A DNA stretch of 64,000 nucleotides from Lysobacteraceae bacterium (GCA_028870665.1 JAGWPB010000002.1:10636-74635); one strand, 5' to 3'; shown: positions 42,156-53,713, numbered from the stretch's first letter. Program-made: numbers and translations. Notes: generated by a model from the sequence alone, not told the origin.

Positions 42156-43412
42156 ATGCGCCTGACCGCGGTTCGCCTCGGCCTCGGCAGCGCGGTCGCG
42201 CTGCTGGTCGCCGCCGCGCTGGGTCACGCCCTGCACGCGACGGTGACCGGCATCGCCATCGCCTCGATGCTGGCGCTGGTCGCGGTACTGACGCACCGGC
42301 ACCTCCAGGAATCCCGCATGCCCGCAACCGCGCTGTCACCGTCCGCCACCGCCGATGCGGCGCGCCATGCCCTCCGCACGCGCCGGCTGGCCGGCCAGCT
42401 GCGCGCGCTGCGCAATGCGGCCGCGGCGCTGCCCGATGCCCTGGTACTGCTGGACCGCGAAGGCCGTGTGCGCTGGTTCAACGAGGCCGCGGTACGCCTG
42501 CTCGGCCTGCGTCGACCGCAGGATCGCCGCGCCGTGTTGCGCGACCGCCTCGCCGGCAGCACGATCGCCGACTGGCTCGACCACGACGACGGCGGGCCGC
42601 TGGACGATGTGCCCGCGCCCGCCGATGCGACCCTGCATCTGACGCTGTCGCTGCTGCCGATCGGCCGCGACCAGCGGCTGCTGATCGCGCGCGACATCAG
42701 CAATCTCAATCGTCTCGAGCAGATCCGCCGCGATTTCGTCGCCAATGTCTCGCATGAGCTGCGCACGCCGCTGACCGTGATCCACGGCTATCTCGAGCTG
42801 CTCGATCCCGTCGACACGCCCGAGCTGGAGCCGATCATCGGCGAGATGCGCCTGCAGTCGCGGCGCATGGCCCAGATCGTCGAGGATCTGCTGACCTTGT
42901 CGCGGCTGGAGACCCAGCCCCGGCTGGTCGAGGAGCATGTCGCGATGCGGGCACTGCTGGCCACCCTGCGCAAGGAGGCCGAGGCGCTGAGCCGCGGTCG
43001 GCACACGATCGAGGTCGAGGTCGACGACGAGCTCGATCTGCTTGGCTCGCTCAAGGAGTTGCACAGCGCGTTCTCCAATCTGGTCAGCAACGCCGTGCGC
43101 TATACGCCGACCGGCGGCCGCATCGGGATTCGCTGGCGGCGTACGCCGGAAGGGCTGGAATTCGCGGTCAGCGACACCGGCTACGGCATCCCGGCCAGTC
43201 ACCAGGCGCGCTTGACGGAACGCTTCTACCGGGTCTCGTCCAGCCGCTCGCGCGAAACCGGCGGCACCGGGCTGGGGCTTTCGATCGTCAAGCACGTGCT
43301 CAACCTGCACCAGGGCCGACTGACGGTCGCAAGCGAACCCGGGCGCGGCTCGACGTTCAGCGCGGTCTTCGGCAGCGAACGCGCGCTCGCGCCCGGCACC
43401 GAGGAGGCCTGA
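42156..43412 (+). CDS. phoR: Phosphate regulon sensor histidine kinase PhoR
   Basis: From ATG 42156 the protein has two TM segments, a PAS region, the H-box FVANVSHELRTPLT and an HATPase domain (GTGLGLSIVKH). Confidence 0.93.
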   Translation: MRLTAVRLGLGSAVALLVAAALGHALHATVTGIAIASMLALVAVLTHRHLQESRMPATALSPSATADAARHALRTRRLAGQLRALRNAAAALPDALVLLDREGRVRWFNEAAVRLLGLRRPQDRRAVLRDRLAGSTIADWLDHDDGGPLDDVPAPADATLHLTLSLLPIGRDQRLLIARDISNLNRLEQIRRDFVANVSHELRTPLTVIHGYLELLDPVDTPELEPIIGEMRLQSRRMAQIVEDLLTLSRLETQPRLVEEHVAMRALLATLRKEAEALSRGRHTIEVEVDDELDLLGSLKELHSAFSNLVSNAVRYTPTGGRIGIRWRRTPEGLEFAVSDTGYGIPASHQARLTERFYRVSSSRSRETGGTGLGLSIVKHVLNLHQGRLTVASEPGRGSTFSAVFGSERALAPGTEEA

Positions 43413-43476
43413 GCCGGCGCCGGTTGCCGCGCGCGCGCGCTACCGCCATGCTCAGCGCCCCGCAGGATTGCAACCG

Positions 43477-45549
43477 ATGACCCAGGCCCCCGACCTCGAC
43501 CGTCCCGAGCTGTTCCTCAACCGCGAGCTGGCGGCACTCGAATTCAATTTTCGCGTGCTGGCGCAGGCGCGCGACCCGCGCATGCCGCTGCTGGAGCGGC
43601 TGCGCTTCCTGTGCATCGCCAATACCAACCTCGATGAATACTTCGAGGTGCGCGTCGCGGTCCTCAAGCAGCATCTGGCCTTCGGTGATGCCCGCCCCGG
43701 CGCCGACGGCCTGGCACCCAGCGAGGTGCTGACGCGCATCCGCGAGCGCGCACTGGAGCTGGTGCGCGAGCAGTACATGACCTGGTCGGACGAGCTGCAG
43801 CCGGCGCTGGCCGAGGAAGGCATCCGCTTCCTGACCCGCGACAAATGGACGGCCAGGCAGAAGCGCTGGCTGCAAGGCTACTTCCAGAACGAGATCCTGC
43901 CGGTCCTGTCCCCGCTGGGGCTGGATCCGGCGCATCCGTTCCCGCGCATCCTCAACAAGAGTCTCAACATCGCCGTCGTGCTCGAAGGCCGCGATGCCTT
44001 CGGTCATGCCGGCCACATGGCACTGGTGCGCGCGCCGCGCTCGCTGCCGCGGCTGATCCGCCTGCCCTCGCAGGTGTCGCAGTCGCCTCACGAGTTCATC
44101 TTCCTGGCCGGCCTGCTGCAACAGTTCGCCGACGAGATGTTTCCCGGCTTCCGGGTGCAGGGCTCCTACCAGTTCCGGGTCACCCGCAACAGCGAACTGA
44201 CCATCGAGGAGGAGGAGGTCGAGAACCTGGCCAACGCGCTGACCGAGGAGCTGATCGGACGCGGCTATGCGCGCCCGGTGCGCCTGGAGATCGCCGAGAA
44301 CTGCCCCAAGGCGATCACCGAGCTGCTGATGGCGAACTTCGAGCTCAGCGAAGCCGACGTCTACCGCTGCGCCGGGCCGGTCAATCTCAATCGCGTGCTG
44401 GCGATCTACGACCAGGTCGACCGCGCCGACCTGAAGTTCGCCAAGTTCACCCCGCGCCTGGCGCCGGCGCTGCTGCAGACGCCCAACGTGTTCGATGCCA
44501 TCGGCCAGCACGACGTGCTGCTGCACCATCCCTATGAATCGTTCCAGGCCGTGATGGAGCTGCTGCGTCAGGCGGCGCAGGATCCCGATGTGCTGGCGAT
44601 CAAGCAGACGCTGTATCGCGTCGGCACCGATTCGCCGCTGGTCGAGTCGCTGGTCGAGGCCGCGCGCGCCGGCAAGGACGTCACCGTGGTGGTGGAGTTG
44701 CGCGCGCGCTTCGACGAGGAGGCCAACATCCGCCTCGCCAACCGGCTGCAGTCGGCCGGCGTGCAGGTGGTGTACGGTGTGGTCGGCTACAAGACCCACG
44801 CCAAGATGCTGCTGATCGTGCGCCGCGAGGGCCGCCGCCTGCGCCGCTACGTGCATCTGTCCACCGGCAATTACCACCAGCTGACCTCGCGCCTGTACAC
44901 CGATATCGGCCTGATGACCGCGCATGCGGAGATCGGCGAGGACGTGCACAAGGTGTTCCAGCAGATGTCGGGGCTGGGCCCGATGATCAAGCTCAAGCGG
45001 CTGCTGCACTCGCCATTCACCCTGCACAAGGGCCTGATGGCGAAGATCGAGCGCGAGACCGCGCACGCGCGCGCCGGCCGCGAGGCGCGCATCATCGCCA
45101 AGATCAACGCCCTCAACGAGCCCGGCGTGATCCAGGCGCTGTACCGCGCTTCCGGCGCCGGCGTCGAGATCGATCTGATCGTGCGCGGCGGCTGCACCCT
45201 GCGCCCCGGCCTGCCCGGGATCTCCGAACGCATTCGTGTGCGTTCGGTCGTCGGGCGTTTTCTCGAGCACAGCCGGGTGTACTGGTTCGCCAACGACGGC
45301 GCCCCCGAACTGTACTGCGCCAGCGCCGACTGGATGGAACGCAACCTGCTGCGGCGGATCGAGGTCGGATTTCCGATCCTCGACCCGGAGCTGGCCGCGC
45401 GGGTGTACGAGGAGGCCCTGGCCAACTACCTGGTCGACAATGCCCAGGCCTGGCAGCTCGGCAGCGATGGCCGCTACACGCGGGTGCTCGCGGGCGACGC
45501 CATGCCGCACTCGGCACAACGCACGCTGCTGGCCAAGATCTGCCGCTGA
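43477..45549 (+). CDS. ppk1: Polyphosphate kinase 1
   Basis: From ATG 43477 the protein reads MTQAPDLDRPELFLNRELAALEFNFRVLAQA...; PPK1 domains continue through ...HSRVYWF... It lies downstream of phoBR. Confidence 0.96.
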   Translation: MTQAPDLDRPELFLNRELAALEFNFRVLAQARDPRMPLLERLRFLCIANTNLDEYFEVRVAVLKQHLAFGDARPGADGLAPSEVLTRIRERALELVREQYMTWSDELQPALAEEGIRFLTRDKWTARQKRWLQGYFQNEILPVLSPLGLDPAHPFPRILNKSLNIAVVLEGRDAFGHAGHMALVRAPRSLPRLIRLPSQVSQSPHEFIFLAGLLQQFADEMFPGFRVQGSYQFRVTRNSELTIEEEEVENLANALTEELIGRGYARPVRLEIAENCPKAITELLMANFELSEADVYRCAGPVNLNRVLAIYDQVDRADLKFAKFTPRLAPALLQTPNVFDAIGQHDVLLHHPYESFQAVMELLRQAAQDPDVLAIKQTLYRVGTDSPLVESLVEAARAGKDVTVVVELRARFDEEANIRLANRLQSAGVQVVYGVVGYKTHAKMLLIVRREGRRLRRYVHLSTGNYHQLTSRLYTDIGLMTAHAEIGEDVHKVFQQMSGLGPMIKLKRLLHSPFTLHKGLMAKIERETAHARAGREARIIAKINALNEPGVIQALYRASGAGVEIDLIVRGGCTLRPGLPGISERIRVRSVVGRFLEHSRVYWFANDGAPELYCASADWMERNLLRRIEVGFPILDPELAARVYEEALANYLVDNAQAWQLGSDGRYTRVLAGDAMPHSAQRTLLAKICR

Positions 45550-45578
45550 TCGAAGCGCCGGCCCCCGGACGTCCGGCC

Positions 45579-46448
45579 TCAGGCGGCGCGCGACTTGCGG
45601 CCCAGCAGCGCCAAGAGGGCCGCCAGCTTGTCGCGCTGCTGGCGGCGATCGAGGATCAGGTCGATGGCGCCGTGCTCGAGCAGGAACTCCGAACGCTGGA
45701 AGCCCTCCGGCAGGGTCTCGCGCACGGTCTGCTCGATCACGCGTGGCCCGGCGAAACCGATCAATGCCCTCGGCTCCCCGACATTGATGTCGCCGAGCAT
45801 GCCGAGACTGGCGGAAACACCGCCGGTGGTCGGATGCGTCAGCACCGACACGTAGGGCACGCCGGCGTCGCGCAGGCGCGCCAGCGCGGCCGCGGTCTTG
45901 GCCATCTGCATCAGCGACAGCAGGCCTTCCTGCATGCGTGCGCCGCCGGTGGCGGCAAAACACACCAGCGGAATGCGCTCGGCCAGCGCGCGCTCGGCGC
46001 CGCGCGCGAACTTCTCGCCGACCACCGAACCCATCGAGCCGCCCATGTAGGCGAACTCGAATGCCGCCACCACCAGCGGACTCTGCTTGAGCTGGCCGCG
46101 CATCACCACCAGCGCGTCCTTCTCGCCGGTCGTCTTCTGCGCGGCGATGATCCGGTCACGATATTTCTTGGAGTCGCGAAAGTGCAGCGCGTCGGTCGGC
46201 GCCAGATCGGCGTCGAGCTCCTCGCCGCTGCCTTCGTCGAGGAAGGCGGCCAGCCGCGCGCGCGCGCCGACCGGATGATGATGGCCGCACTTGGGGCACA
46301 CCATCAGGTTGCGCTCCAGCTCGGGCCGGTACAGCGCCGAGCCGCAGCCGGCGCATTTTTCCCACACGCCCTCCGGCACCTTGCCCTTGGCCGCCGCCCG
46401 CGGCTTGCGCTCGCGGGCACCGGGCAGCAATCGGTTCAGCCAGCTCAT
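45579..46448 (-). CDS. accD: Acetyl-CoA carboxylase carboxyltransferase beta subunit
   Basis: MSWLNRLLP... The zinc ribbon CAGCGSALY...CPKCGHH and the carboxyltransferase domain are present. Confidence 0.96.
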   Translation of the reverse strand: MSWLNRLLPGARERKPRAAAKGKVPEGVWEKCAGCGSALYRPELERNLMVCPKCGHHHPVGARARLAAFLDEGSGEELDADLAPTDALHFRDSKKYRDRIIAAQKTTGEKDALVVMRGQLKQSPLVVAAFEFAYMGGSMGSVVGEKFARGAERALAERIPLVCFAATGGARMQEGLLSLMQMAKTAAALARLRDAGVPYVSVLTHPTTGGVSASLGMLGDINVGEPRALIGFAGPRVIEQTVRETLPEGFQRSEFLLEHGAIDLILDRRQQRDKLAALLALLGRKSRAA

Positions 46449-46501
46449 CGTCGTCCTCTCCCGTGCAGATTCCGCGCTCGCTGCGCGTGTCGTCGTGTGC
46501 T

Positions 46502-47314
46502 TCAGGCCGCCGCGCGCGCGTTCAGCGCGTCGCGGATCGGCGCCAGAAACGCGCGTGCCCGCGCGCAGGCCTCGGCGGCATCCGCGCTGCCGGCGATCCG
46601 CTCGACCAGCGCGCTGCCGATCACGACCGCGTCAGCGTAACCTGCGATCGCCACCGCGCTGCCGGCGTCGCGCACGCCGAAGCCGACCGCGATCGGCGCC
46701 CGCGACGCGGCACGGATCGCCGCGACGCGCTGGGCGATGTCCGCGGTGCTCAGGCGCAGGGCGCCGGTGATGCCGGCGAAGCTGACGTAATAGAGAAACC
46801 CTTCGGCACGCCGGCACAGCTGATCCAGCCGTTGCGGCGCGGTCGTCGGCGCGGCGAGGTGGATCTGCCGCAGCCCGGCCGCGCGGATGGCCTGCGCGGT
46901 GTCGTCTTCCTCCAGCGGGCAGTCGACCAGCAGCACGCCGTCCACGCCGGCCGCGACCGCGTCGGCGGCGAAACGCGCGTACCCGTAGATCTCGATCGGA
47001 TTGAGATAGCCCATCAACACCAGCGGGGTGCAGGCGTCGTCGCGGCGGAATTCGCGCGCCCAGCCCAGGACCTGCCCCAGGCCCACGCCGCGCTTGAGCG
47101 CGCGTTCGTTGGCGTGCTGGATCACCGGCCCGTCGGCCATCGGATCGGAAAACGGCACGCCGATCTCGATCAGGTCGGCACCGGCCGCCACCAGCGCATG
47201 CAGCAGCGGCACGGTGGCGTCGGGCCGCGGATCGCCGGCGGTGATGAACGGGATCAGGCCGGTGCGGCCGGCGGCCTTGAGCTGCGCAAAGCGCTGGTCG
47301 ATGCGATTGGTCAC
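46502..47314 (-). CDS. trpA: Tryptophan synthase alpha chain
   Basis: ...[22 protein letters not shown]... The GTG start overlaps the trpB stop (GTGA). Confidence 0.96.
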   Translation of the reverse strand: MTNRIDQRFAQLKAAGRTGLIPFITAGDPRPDATVPLLHALVAAGADLIEIGVPFSDPMADGPVIQHANERALKRGVGLGQVLGWAREFRRDDACTPLVLMGYLNPIEIYGYARFAADAVAAGVDGVLLVDCPLEEDDTAQAIRAAGLRQIHLAAPTTAPQRLDQLCRRAEGFLYYVSFAGITGALRLSTADIAQRVAAIRAASRAPIAVGFGVRDAGSAVAIAGYADAVVIGSALVERIAGSADAAEACARARAFLAPIRDALNARAAA

Positions 47315-48540
47315 AAGGTGATCCCTTCACGCGCGGCGATCGTCTGCACGTCCTTGTCGCCGCGGCCGGAAAGGTTGCACAGGACCAGCGCGTCACGCGG
47401 CAGATCGCTGGCCAGCTTGATCGCCTGGGCGACGGCATGCGCGGACTCCAGCGCGGCGAGGATGCCCTCGCTGCGCGCCAGGCGGTGGAACGCCGCCATC
47501 GCCTCGTCATCGGTGACACCGACGTACTCGGCACGACCGGTGTCCTTGAGGAAGGCATGCTCGGGGCCGACGCCGGGATAGTCGAGGCCGGCCGAGATCG
47601 AATGCGTCTCGGTGATCTGGCCGTCGTCGTCACAGATCACATAGGTGCGGTTGCCATGCAGCACGCCGGGCCGGCCGGCCGCCAGCGAAGCGGCATGATG
47701 CCCCGTGGCGATGCCCTCGCCCGCCGCCTCGGCGCCGACGATGCGCACGGCGCGATCGTTGAGGAAGGCATGGAACAGGCCGATCGCGTTGGAGCCGCCA
47801 CCGACGCAGGCGGTGAGCACGTCGGGCAGGCGACCGTATTCGGCCAGCATCTGCGCGCGCGCCTCGCGGCCGACCACCGCGTTGAAGTCGCGCACCATCA
47901 TCGGATAGGGGTGCGGCCCGGCCACGGTGCCGATGATGTAGTAGGTGTCGTGGACGTGGGTGACCCAGTCGCGCAGCGCCTCGTTGAGCGCGTCCTTGAG
48001 CGTCTTCGATCCGGACGTCACCGGCACCACGGTCGCGCCCAGCAGCTTCATGCGGAAGACGTTGATCGACTGGCGCGCGATGTCGGTCTCGCCCATGTAG
48101 ACGACGCACTCCATCCCCATGCGCGCGCAGACCGTCGCGGTGGCGACGCCGTGCTGGCCGGCGCCGGTTTCGGCGATGATGCGGCGCTTGCCCATGCGCC
48201 GCGCCATCAGTGCCTGCCCGACGGTGTTGTTGATCTTGTGCGCACCGGTGTGATTGAGATCCTCGCGCTTGAGCAGGATCTGCGCACCGCCGACATCGTG
48301 CGACAGTCGCTCGGCGTGGTAGATCGGGCTGGGCCGGCCGACGTAGTGCTTGAGGTCGCGCTCGAATTCGGCCTGGAACGCGGCATCCTCGCGCGCCGCC
48401 AGGTAGGCCGCGGTCAGCTCGGCCAGCGGAGCCATCAGGGTCTCGGCGACGTAGCTGCCGCCGTAGGTGCCGAAACGCCCGCGCGCATCCGGCCAGGCGT
48501 GGTAATCGATGGTCACGGGTGAGTCCAGTCGTGCTGCCAT
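47311..48540 (-). CDS. trpB: Tryptophan synthase beta chain
   Basis: From ATG 48540 the protein reads [36 protein letters not shown]...[11 protein letters not shown]... Confidence 0.96.
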   Translation of the reverse strand: MAARLDSPVTIDYHAWPDARGRFGTYGGSYVAETLMAPLAELTAAYLAAREDAAFQAEFERDLKHYVGRPSPIYHAERLSHDVGGAQILLKREDLNHTGAHKINNTVGQALMARRMGKRRIIAETGAGQHGVATATVCARMGMECVVYMGETDIARQSINVFRMKLLGATVVPVTSGSKTLKDALNEALRDWVTHVHDTYYIIGTVAGPHPYPMMVRDFNAVVGREARAQMLAEYGRLPDVLTACVGGGSNAIGLFHAFLNDRAVRIVGAEAAGEGIATGHHAASLAAGRPGVLHGNRTYVICDDDGQITETHSISAGLDYPGVGPEHAFLKDTGRAEYVGVTDDEAMAAFHRLARSEGILAALESAHAVAQAIKLASDLPRDALVLCNLSGRGDKDVQTIAAREGITL

Positions 48541-48574
48541 GGTGATGTCCGTGTGACGTGAAAGACCGGCAGGC

Positions 48575-49252
48575 TCAGTCCCGCGGCGAGGCCGTGCCGG
48601 AATGCGGTGCCGCCGCGTCGTGCTCGCCCGCGCGCACGGCAGCGATGAAACGCCGCATGCGCAGCGGGTCCTTGATGCCCGGCGCGCATTCGATGCCGCT
48701 GGAGACATCCACCCCGTAGGGCCGCGCGGCGCGGATCGCTGCCGCCACGTTGTCCGCATCCAGCCCTCCGGCCAGCAGCCAGGGGCGGCCAGTGTGCCGC
48801 GGGACACGCGTCCAGTCGAACGCACGCCCGCGACCGCCGGCCTCGCCGCGCGCGTGACCGTCGAGCAGGAAGCCCGCAGCATGCGGATGCGCAGCCATCC
48901 GGGCCGCCGGATCGCCGGCGTCCGCCATCGCGATCGCCTTCAGGTAGCGCCGGCCGAACTGCTGCGCATAACCGGCGTCTTCATCACCGTGGAACTGCAA
49001 AAGGTCAGGCTGCACATGCTCGACGACTTCGCGCACCCAGCCGGGCTCGTCGTCCATGAACAGCGCGACCGCGGCGACCAGCGGAGGCAGCGCCGCACGG
49101 ATGGCCAGCGCCTGCTCGAGTCCGACGCAACGCGGGCTGCAGCGGGTGAACACCAGGCCGATGGCATCGGCTCCCAGCGTCGCCGCGAGCGTTGCGTCCT
49201 CGACCCGGGTGATGCCGCAGCATTTGACGCGCAGTCGCGCCCACGCGTTCAC
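48575..49252 (-). CDS. trpF: Phosphoribosylanthranilate isomerase
   Basis: ...[30 protein letters not shown]... I infer a GTG start at 49252 that overlaps the truA stop (GTGA). A longer alternative starts at 49279. Confidence 0.9.
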   Translation of the reverse strand: MNAWARLRVKCCGITRVEDATLAATLGADAIGLVFTRCSPRCVGLEQALAIRAALPPLVAAVALFMDDEPGWVREVVEHVQPDLLQFHGDEDAGYAQQFGRRYLKAIAMADAGDPAARMAAHPHAAGFLLDGHARGEAGGRGRAFDWTRVPRHTGRPWLLAGGLDADNVAAAIRAARPYGVDVSSGIECAPGIKDPLRMRRFIAAVRAGEHDAAAPHSGTASPRD

Positions 49253-50016
49253 AGGGTTACCTCGGCGGGAAGGTCCCATTGTGCCGGATACAGCGGTCCA
49301 AGAAACGTGAGGCCATCGGGCGGGGCGGTCGGGCCGGCCACCTCGCGATCACGACCGGCCAGCAGCTGGGCGATCCATTCCGGCGGACGCTCGCCCCGGC
49401 CGACCGGAAGCAGCGAGCCGACGATGTTGCGCACCATGTGATGCAGAAAGGCGTTGGCGACGATGTCGATGTCGATGCAGGCGCCATCGCGGCGCACGCT
49501 GATGTCACGCACCTCGCGCACCGCACTGGGCGCCTGGCAGGAAATCGCCCGGAACGCGGAAAAATCATGACGTCCCACCAGGGCCTGTGCGGCAGCATGC
49601 ATCGCCGCGGCATCCAGCGGCCGGCGCTCCCAGGTGACCCGGCCCGCCTCCAGCGCGGGCCGCACCGCGCGGGTCAGGATGCGGTAGCGATAGCGCCGAG
49701 CACGGGCCGCGTGGCGGGCGTGGAAATCGGCAGCCACCGGCTGTGCCCACAGCACCGCGACACGTGCCGGCAGCAGGCTGTTGGCTCCCAGCATCCAGGC
49801 CCGCGAGGTACGCGCGGCGGCGGAATCGAAATGCGCCACCTGGCATCGCGCATGCACGCCGGCATCGGTCCGTCCGGCGCAATGGACCTCGACCGCATGG
49901 GCGGCAACCTTTGACAGCGCCGCCTCGACGGCCGCCTGCACGCTCGGCCCATGGCCCAGACGCTGCCAGCCGAGAAAGTCGCGGCCGTCATATTCGATGC
50001 CAATGGCGATGCGCAT
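49249..50016 (-). CDS. truA: tRNA pseudouridine(38-40) synthase
   Basis: [20 protein letters not shown]...[13 protein letters not shown]... Confidence 0.95.
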   Translation of the reverse strand: MRIAIGIEYDGRDFLGWQRLGHGPSVQAAVEAALSKVAAHAVEVHCAGRTDAGVHARCQVAHFDSAAARTSRAWMLGANSLLPARVAVLWAQPVAADFHARHAARARRYRYRILTRAVRPALEAGRVTWERRPLDAAAMHAAAQALVGRHDFSAFRAISCQAPSAVREVRDISVRRDGACIDIDIVANAFLHHMVRNIVGSLLPVGRGERPPEWIAQLLAGRDREVAGPTAPPDGLTFLGPLYPAQWDLPAEVTL

Positions 50017-50238
50017 GCGGGCTGTGCCGGAAATCGGAAGGCGGCGAAGGCGTCGCGACCCGGGGCCGCGGCCGACGACCCGGGACCGAGCAGCGCAGCG
50101 AGCAGCGCTCGAGTGCGCGGAACCGGAGGCGAATGGTGGATCGAAAAAGCCCGGGCGACGGATCGCGGAGCCGTGCCATCGGCACGATGCATCGCGCGTC
50201 GAGGTCGACGGCCTTTCCCGGGATCCGAGTCCCCGCTT

Positions 50239-52497
50239 TCAGCGCATCTCGCCCAGCAGGCGGTGCGCCTCGTCCTTCTGGGTCGCACTGCCCTCGGCAA
50301 GAACCTCCTCGAGCATGGCACGGGCACCGTCGCGATCACCCATGTCGAGATAGGCCCGCGCCAGATCGAGCTTGGTATCCGCAGGATCCTCGCTGAAGGT
50401 CGAGGCCATCGGCGTGGCCGGCGGTTGGTCCTCGGCGGCGCGGCGCAAGGCCTCCTCGTCGTCGAAGTTCAGGAAGGGGAGATCGGGGCCATCGGGCAGA
50501 TCATGGCCGGCCAGCGGCGGTTGCGGCGCGTGCATGCCGGGTACGGCGATGTCGGCATGAACCGGTGACAGGTCGAAATCGAAACTGTAACCGGAAGCGG
50601 CGGCGGGAACCGGGTCGCCGGCAGGATCGGCCACCGCGGGTTCGGCGTATTGGTCGGGCGCCGGATCGGTCGCCGACGAGTCTCGCTCGAACAACGGATG
50701 ATGCGGACTGAGCTCCTCGCCCATCGCCTCCACGGCCTGCCACTCGGTCGACGCGGGATCGACCTCGGCATGCATCGCTTCGGCGGCAGCCTCGAAACCG
50801 GCCACGTCATTGCGGGCGTAGTACAGGCTCACCAGCTCCAGATGCAGGCCGGCATCGCCCGGATATTCGGCCATCTGCGCCCGCAGCGACCGGACCTCGG
50901 CGTCGCCTTCGTGGGCGGAATCATCGCCGCCGTGAAAGGGATCGTCACCGAACTGGTCGGCAATCGAGCCGGTTCCGCTCGCGGGGGTCGGCGCGCTGCG
51001 GCGGCCGCGCAACGCGAGCACCAGCAGGAGCAGCACGACCACACCCGCGGCCACCAGCGCCCAGACCTGCAGATACCACGGCCTGGCAACTTCCGCAGCA
51101 GGCGGCACGACCGCTGCAGCCGGCTTCGGCTTGACCGCGACGGGCTTGCTGGCACGGGCGGCAGCCGCAGGCCTGGCACTGGCGGCGACGGCGGGCACGC
51201 TGGATGCCGCGGCGACGCTCGACGCCGGCGCAGCCACCGAGGCGGCCGCGGCCGGCTTGCCGACGCTGGCGGCCGGCGCCGGGTTCGATTTCGCGCCCGG
51301 GACGGGCTTGACGGGCGCGGTCGCCACGGCAACCGTCGCCGGGCCGGCCTTGGCCACCTGCGCCAGCTTGCGCTGCAGCTCGGCGATCTCGTCGTTCTTG
51401 AGCGCCAGCAGCTGCTGGTTCTTGCTGTTGATGCCCTCGACCGCCTGCAGCCGCGCTTTCAAATCATCGCTGTGCTGGCGCTGGCTGGCCAGCGACTCCT
51501 GGGCGCGGGCCAGATCGGCCTTCAATCCGGCGATGGCCGCACTGCCGGTACCCCCGGCCACGCCGGCGCGCGTGGCCGCGCTTTGTCCGGCGCTCGCCGG
51601 AGGCACCAGCTGCAGGCGTCCACCGGCCGTGGTCGCGGCCGTCGCCGCCGATCGGGAAGCACCGGTCTCCCCGGCACCGGCCAGCAGCGTCGGTCTGGGT
51701 GCGGCGCCACGCCAGTCCTCGATCTGCCGGCGTACTTCGGCGGCGGCGGCGGCGGCGCTGCGGGTGCTGATCTGCTGGGTGCTGGGAATGCGCAGGATGG
51801 CGCCGCGCTTGAGCCCGTTGATGTTGCCGTGCACGAATGCGTTGGGATTGGCCGCCAGCAGCGCGACCATCACCTGATCCATGCTGACCTTGCGGTCCGG
51901 TCGCACCGCACGGGCGACCTGGGTCAGGGTTTGTCCGCCCTTGACCGGGCCATAGGTATCGCCGGCGATGCGCGGGGTGGCCGCGGGCAGGGCCGTCGCT
52001 GCCGGGATCGCTGGCGCAGCCGCGGCGGGCGCCGTCGTCGCCCCCGCGGTGGTGCGCGTGGCGGTTGCAGGTGCCGCGGCAATGGCCGGTGCGGCCGGGG
52101 CGTAGTTGGGCGGATCCAGCAACACCGTGTACTCGCGCAGCAGGCGCCCGTTGGACCAGTTCACCTGCAGCAGGAAGTCGAGGTAGGGCGCACGCACCGG
52201 ATCGATGGTGGTCACGCGGATCACGTGCTCGCCGCGGGCGTTGGTGGTGACCGTGAACTGCAGCGGCATCGCCATCTGGTTGAGGCTGATCCCGGCACGC
52301 GTGAAATCCTTGGCCGGCGCCATGCCCACCTGCAGGCTGGCGGCCTCGGCGGGGCTGTCCACCGACAGCGGGATTTCCGCCACCAGCGGCTGTCCCAGTT
52401 GCGAATGGACCTGGATCTGGCCCAGGCCCATGGCGAGCAGCGGCGAACTGGTCAAGGCCAGAGCAATCGCCAGCGACAGCTTGTGCGTACGGTTCAT
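50239..52497 (-). CDS. fimV: FimV/HubP-family pilus assembly / polar landmark protein
   Basis: A signal peptide, the conserved N-terminal FimV domain (GLGQIQVHSQLGQPLVAEIPL), a LysM (YGPVKGGQTLTQVARAV...LKRGAILRIP), a long Ala/Pro-rich linker, a coiled coil, one TM segment, an acidic tail and the C-terminal motif TKLDLARAYLDMGDRDGARAMLEEVL. The asd-fimV-truA synteny matches Pseudomonas. Confidence 0.88.
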   Translation of the reverse strand: MNRTHKLSLAIALALTSSPLLAMGLGQIQVHSQLGQPLVAEIPLSVDSPAEAASLQVGMAPAKDFTRAGISLNQMAMPLQFTVTTNARGEHVIRVTTIDPVRAPYLDFLLQVNWSNGRLLREYTVLLDPPNYAPAAPAIAAAPATATRTTAGATTAPAAAAPAIPAATALPAATPRIAGDTYGPVKGGQTLTQVARAVRPDRKVSMDQVMVALLAANPNAFVHGNINGLKRGAILRIPSTQQISTRSAAAAAAEVRRQIEDWRGAAPRPTLLAGAGETGASRSAATAATTAGGRLQLVPPASAGQSAATRAGVAGGTGSAAIAGLKADLARAQESLASQRQHSDDLKARLQAVEGINSKNQQLLALKNDEIAELQRKLAQVAKAGPATVAVATAPVKPVPGAKSNPAPAASVGKPAAAASVAAPASSVAAASSVPAVAASARPAAAARASKPVAVKPKPAAAVVPPAAEVARPWYLQVWALVAAGVVVLLLLVLALRGRRSAPTPASGTGSIADQFGDDPFHGGDDSAHEGDAEVRSLRAQMAEYPGDAGLHLELVSLYYARNDVAGFEAAAEAMHAEVDPASTEWQAVEAMGEELSPHHPLFERDSSATDPAPDQYAEPAVADPAGDPVPAAASGYSFDFDLSPVHADIAVPGMHAPQPPLAGHDLPDGPDLPFLNFDDEEALRRAAEDQPPATPMASTFSEDPADTKLDLARAYLDMGDRDGARAMLEEVLAEGSATQKDEAHRLLGEMR

Positions 52498-52580
52498 CGC
52501 GTCGAGCCCCCAAGGCAGTGGCCGCCACCGCGGTCACGCCGGAACTCGACGCGACCTCAGGACGATGCCGCAACTTTAGT

Positions 52581-53609
52581 TCACAAATAGGATTTCACCA
52601 AGAGTTCCGCCACCTGGACCGCGTTCAGGGCGGCCCCCTTGCGGATGTTGTCGGCGACCACCCACAGATCCAGTCCGCGCGGATGGGAAATATCCTCACG
52701 CACGCGGCCGACATACACCGGATCGGTGCCGGCGGCGTGGGTCACCGGCGTGGGGTAGCCGCCGGCGATGCGTTCGTCGACCAGCACCACGCCGGGCGCA
52801 GCCTGCAGCAGCTCGCGAGCGCGAGCGGCACTGATCTTGTCCCGGGTCTCGATATGCACCGCCTCGGCGTGGCCATAGAACACCGGAACGCGCACCGCGG
52901 TCGGATTCACCTGGATCGAATCGTCCTCGAGGATCTTGCGCGTCTCCCAGACCATCTTCATCTCTTCCTTGGTGTACCCGTTGTCCTGGAAGACGTCGAT
53001 GTGCGGAATCAGGTTGAAGGCGATCTGCAACGGAAATTTGGATGACTCGACGGCCTGGAAGCCGAGCAGCGCCGCGGTCTGGCGGCCCAGTTCCTCCATG
53101 CCCGAACGCCCGGCGCCCGAGACCGACTGATAAGTAGCCACGTTGATGCGCTCGATGCCGACCGCGCGCTGGATCGGCGCCAGCGCCACCAGCATCTGCA
53201 TGGTCGAGCAGTTGGGGTTGGCGATGATGCCGTGGCGCGGGTACCGGGCGATCGCGTGCGGGTTGACCTCGCTGACCACCAGCGGGATGTCGTCGCGATA
53301 GCGGAACTCGGAGGTGTTGTCGATCACCACCGCGCCGGCTGCGGCCGCGCGCGGCGCATGCTCGCGGCTGACCGCAGCGCCCGCCGAAAAGAACGCGATG
53401 TCGACGCCGGCGAAATCGCATCCGGCAAGGTCACGCACCGTGATGCGCCGGCCGCCGAAGCTGATCGTCTCGCCGGCCGAGCGCGCGCTGGCCAGCGGCA
53501 GCAGTTCGCCGACCGGAAACGCGCGCTCGGCGAGGATCTGCAGCAGGGTCTCGCCGACGGCGCCGGTGGCGCCGACCATGGCGACGTTGTAGTGGTCTTT
53601 CTTGCTCAT
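52581..53609 (-). CDS. asd: Aspartate-semialdehyde dehydrogenase (short type)
   Basis: MSKKDHYNVAMVGATGAVGETLL... The active-site IANPNCST is present; this Cys is absent from USG-1 paralogues. Confidence 0.92.
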   Translation of the reverse strand: MSKKDHYNVAMVGATGAVGETLLQILAERAFPVGELLPLASARSAGETISFGGRRITVRDLAGCDFAGVDIAFFSAGAAVSREHAPRAAAAGAVVIDNTSEFRYRDDIPLVVSEVNPHAIARYPRHGIIANPNCSTMQMLVALAPIQRAVGIERINVATYQSVSGAGRSGMEELGRQTAALLGFQAVESSKFPLQIAFNLIPHIDVFQDNGYTKEEMKMVWETRKILEDDSIQVNPTAVRVPVFYGHAEAVHIETRDKISAARARELLQAAPGVVLVDERIAGGYPTPVTHAAGTDPVYVGRVREDISHPRGLDLWVVADNIRKGAALNAVQVAELLVKSYL

Positions 53610-53713
53610 GCGGGACTCGGGGTCGAGGGATGGCGGGTTGCGGATTCAGCGAATGATGGGCCGGGATCGGGGCACGGACCGGTCAGGCACGGGCGGAAAC
53701 GCCGGCGCCGCGC

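Noticed and set aside
50144-50222. A possible fimV terminator: GCCCGGGC followed by TTTTT on the minus strand, plus a CGTGCC-atc-GGCACG hairpin.
   Set aside because: The CCCGGG arms are about 60 nt apart with poor intervening pairing, and the small hairpin is not followed by a U-tract. This is too weak to call.
51000-52100. Repetitive Ala/Pro/Thr-rich DNA that looks like a tandem repeat or low-complexity element.
   Set aside because: It is the in-frame low-complexity linker of FimV (AAPA/AAAS runs), which is typical of FimV/HubP proteins. It is not an independent repeat element or CRISPR.
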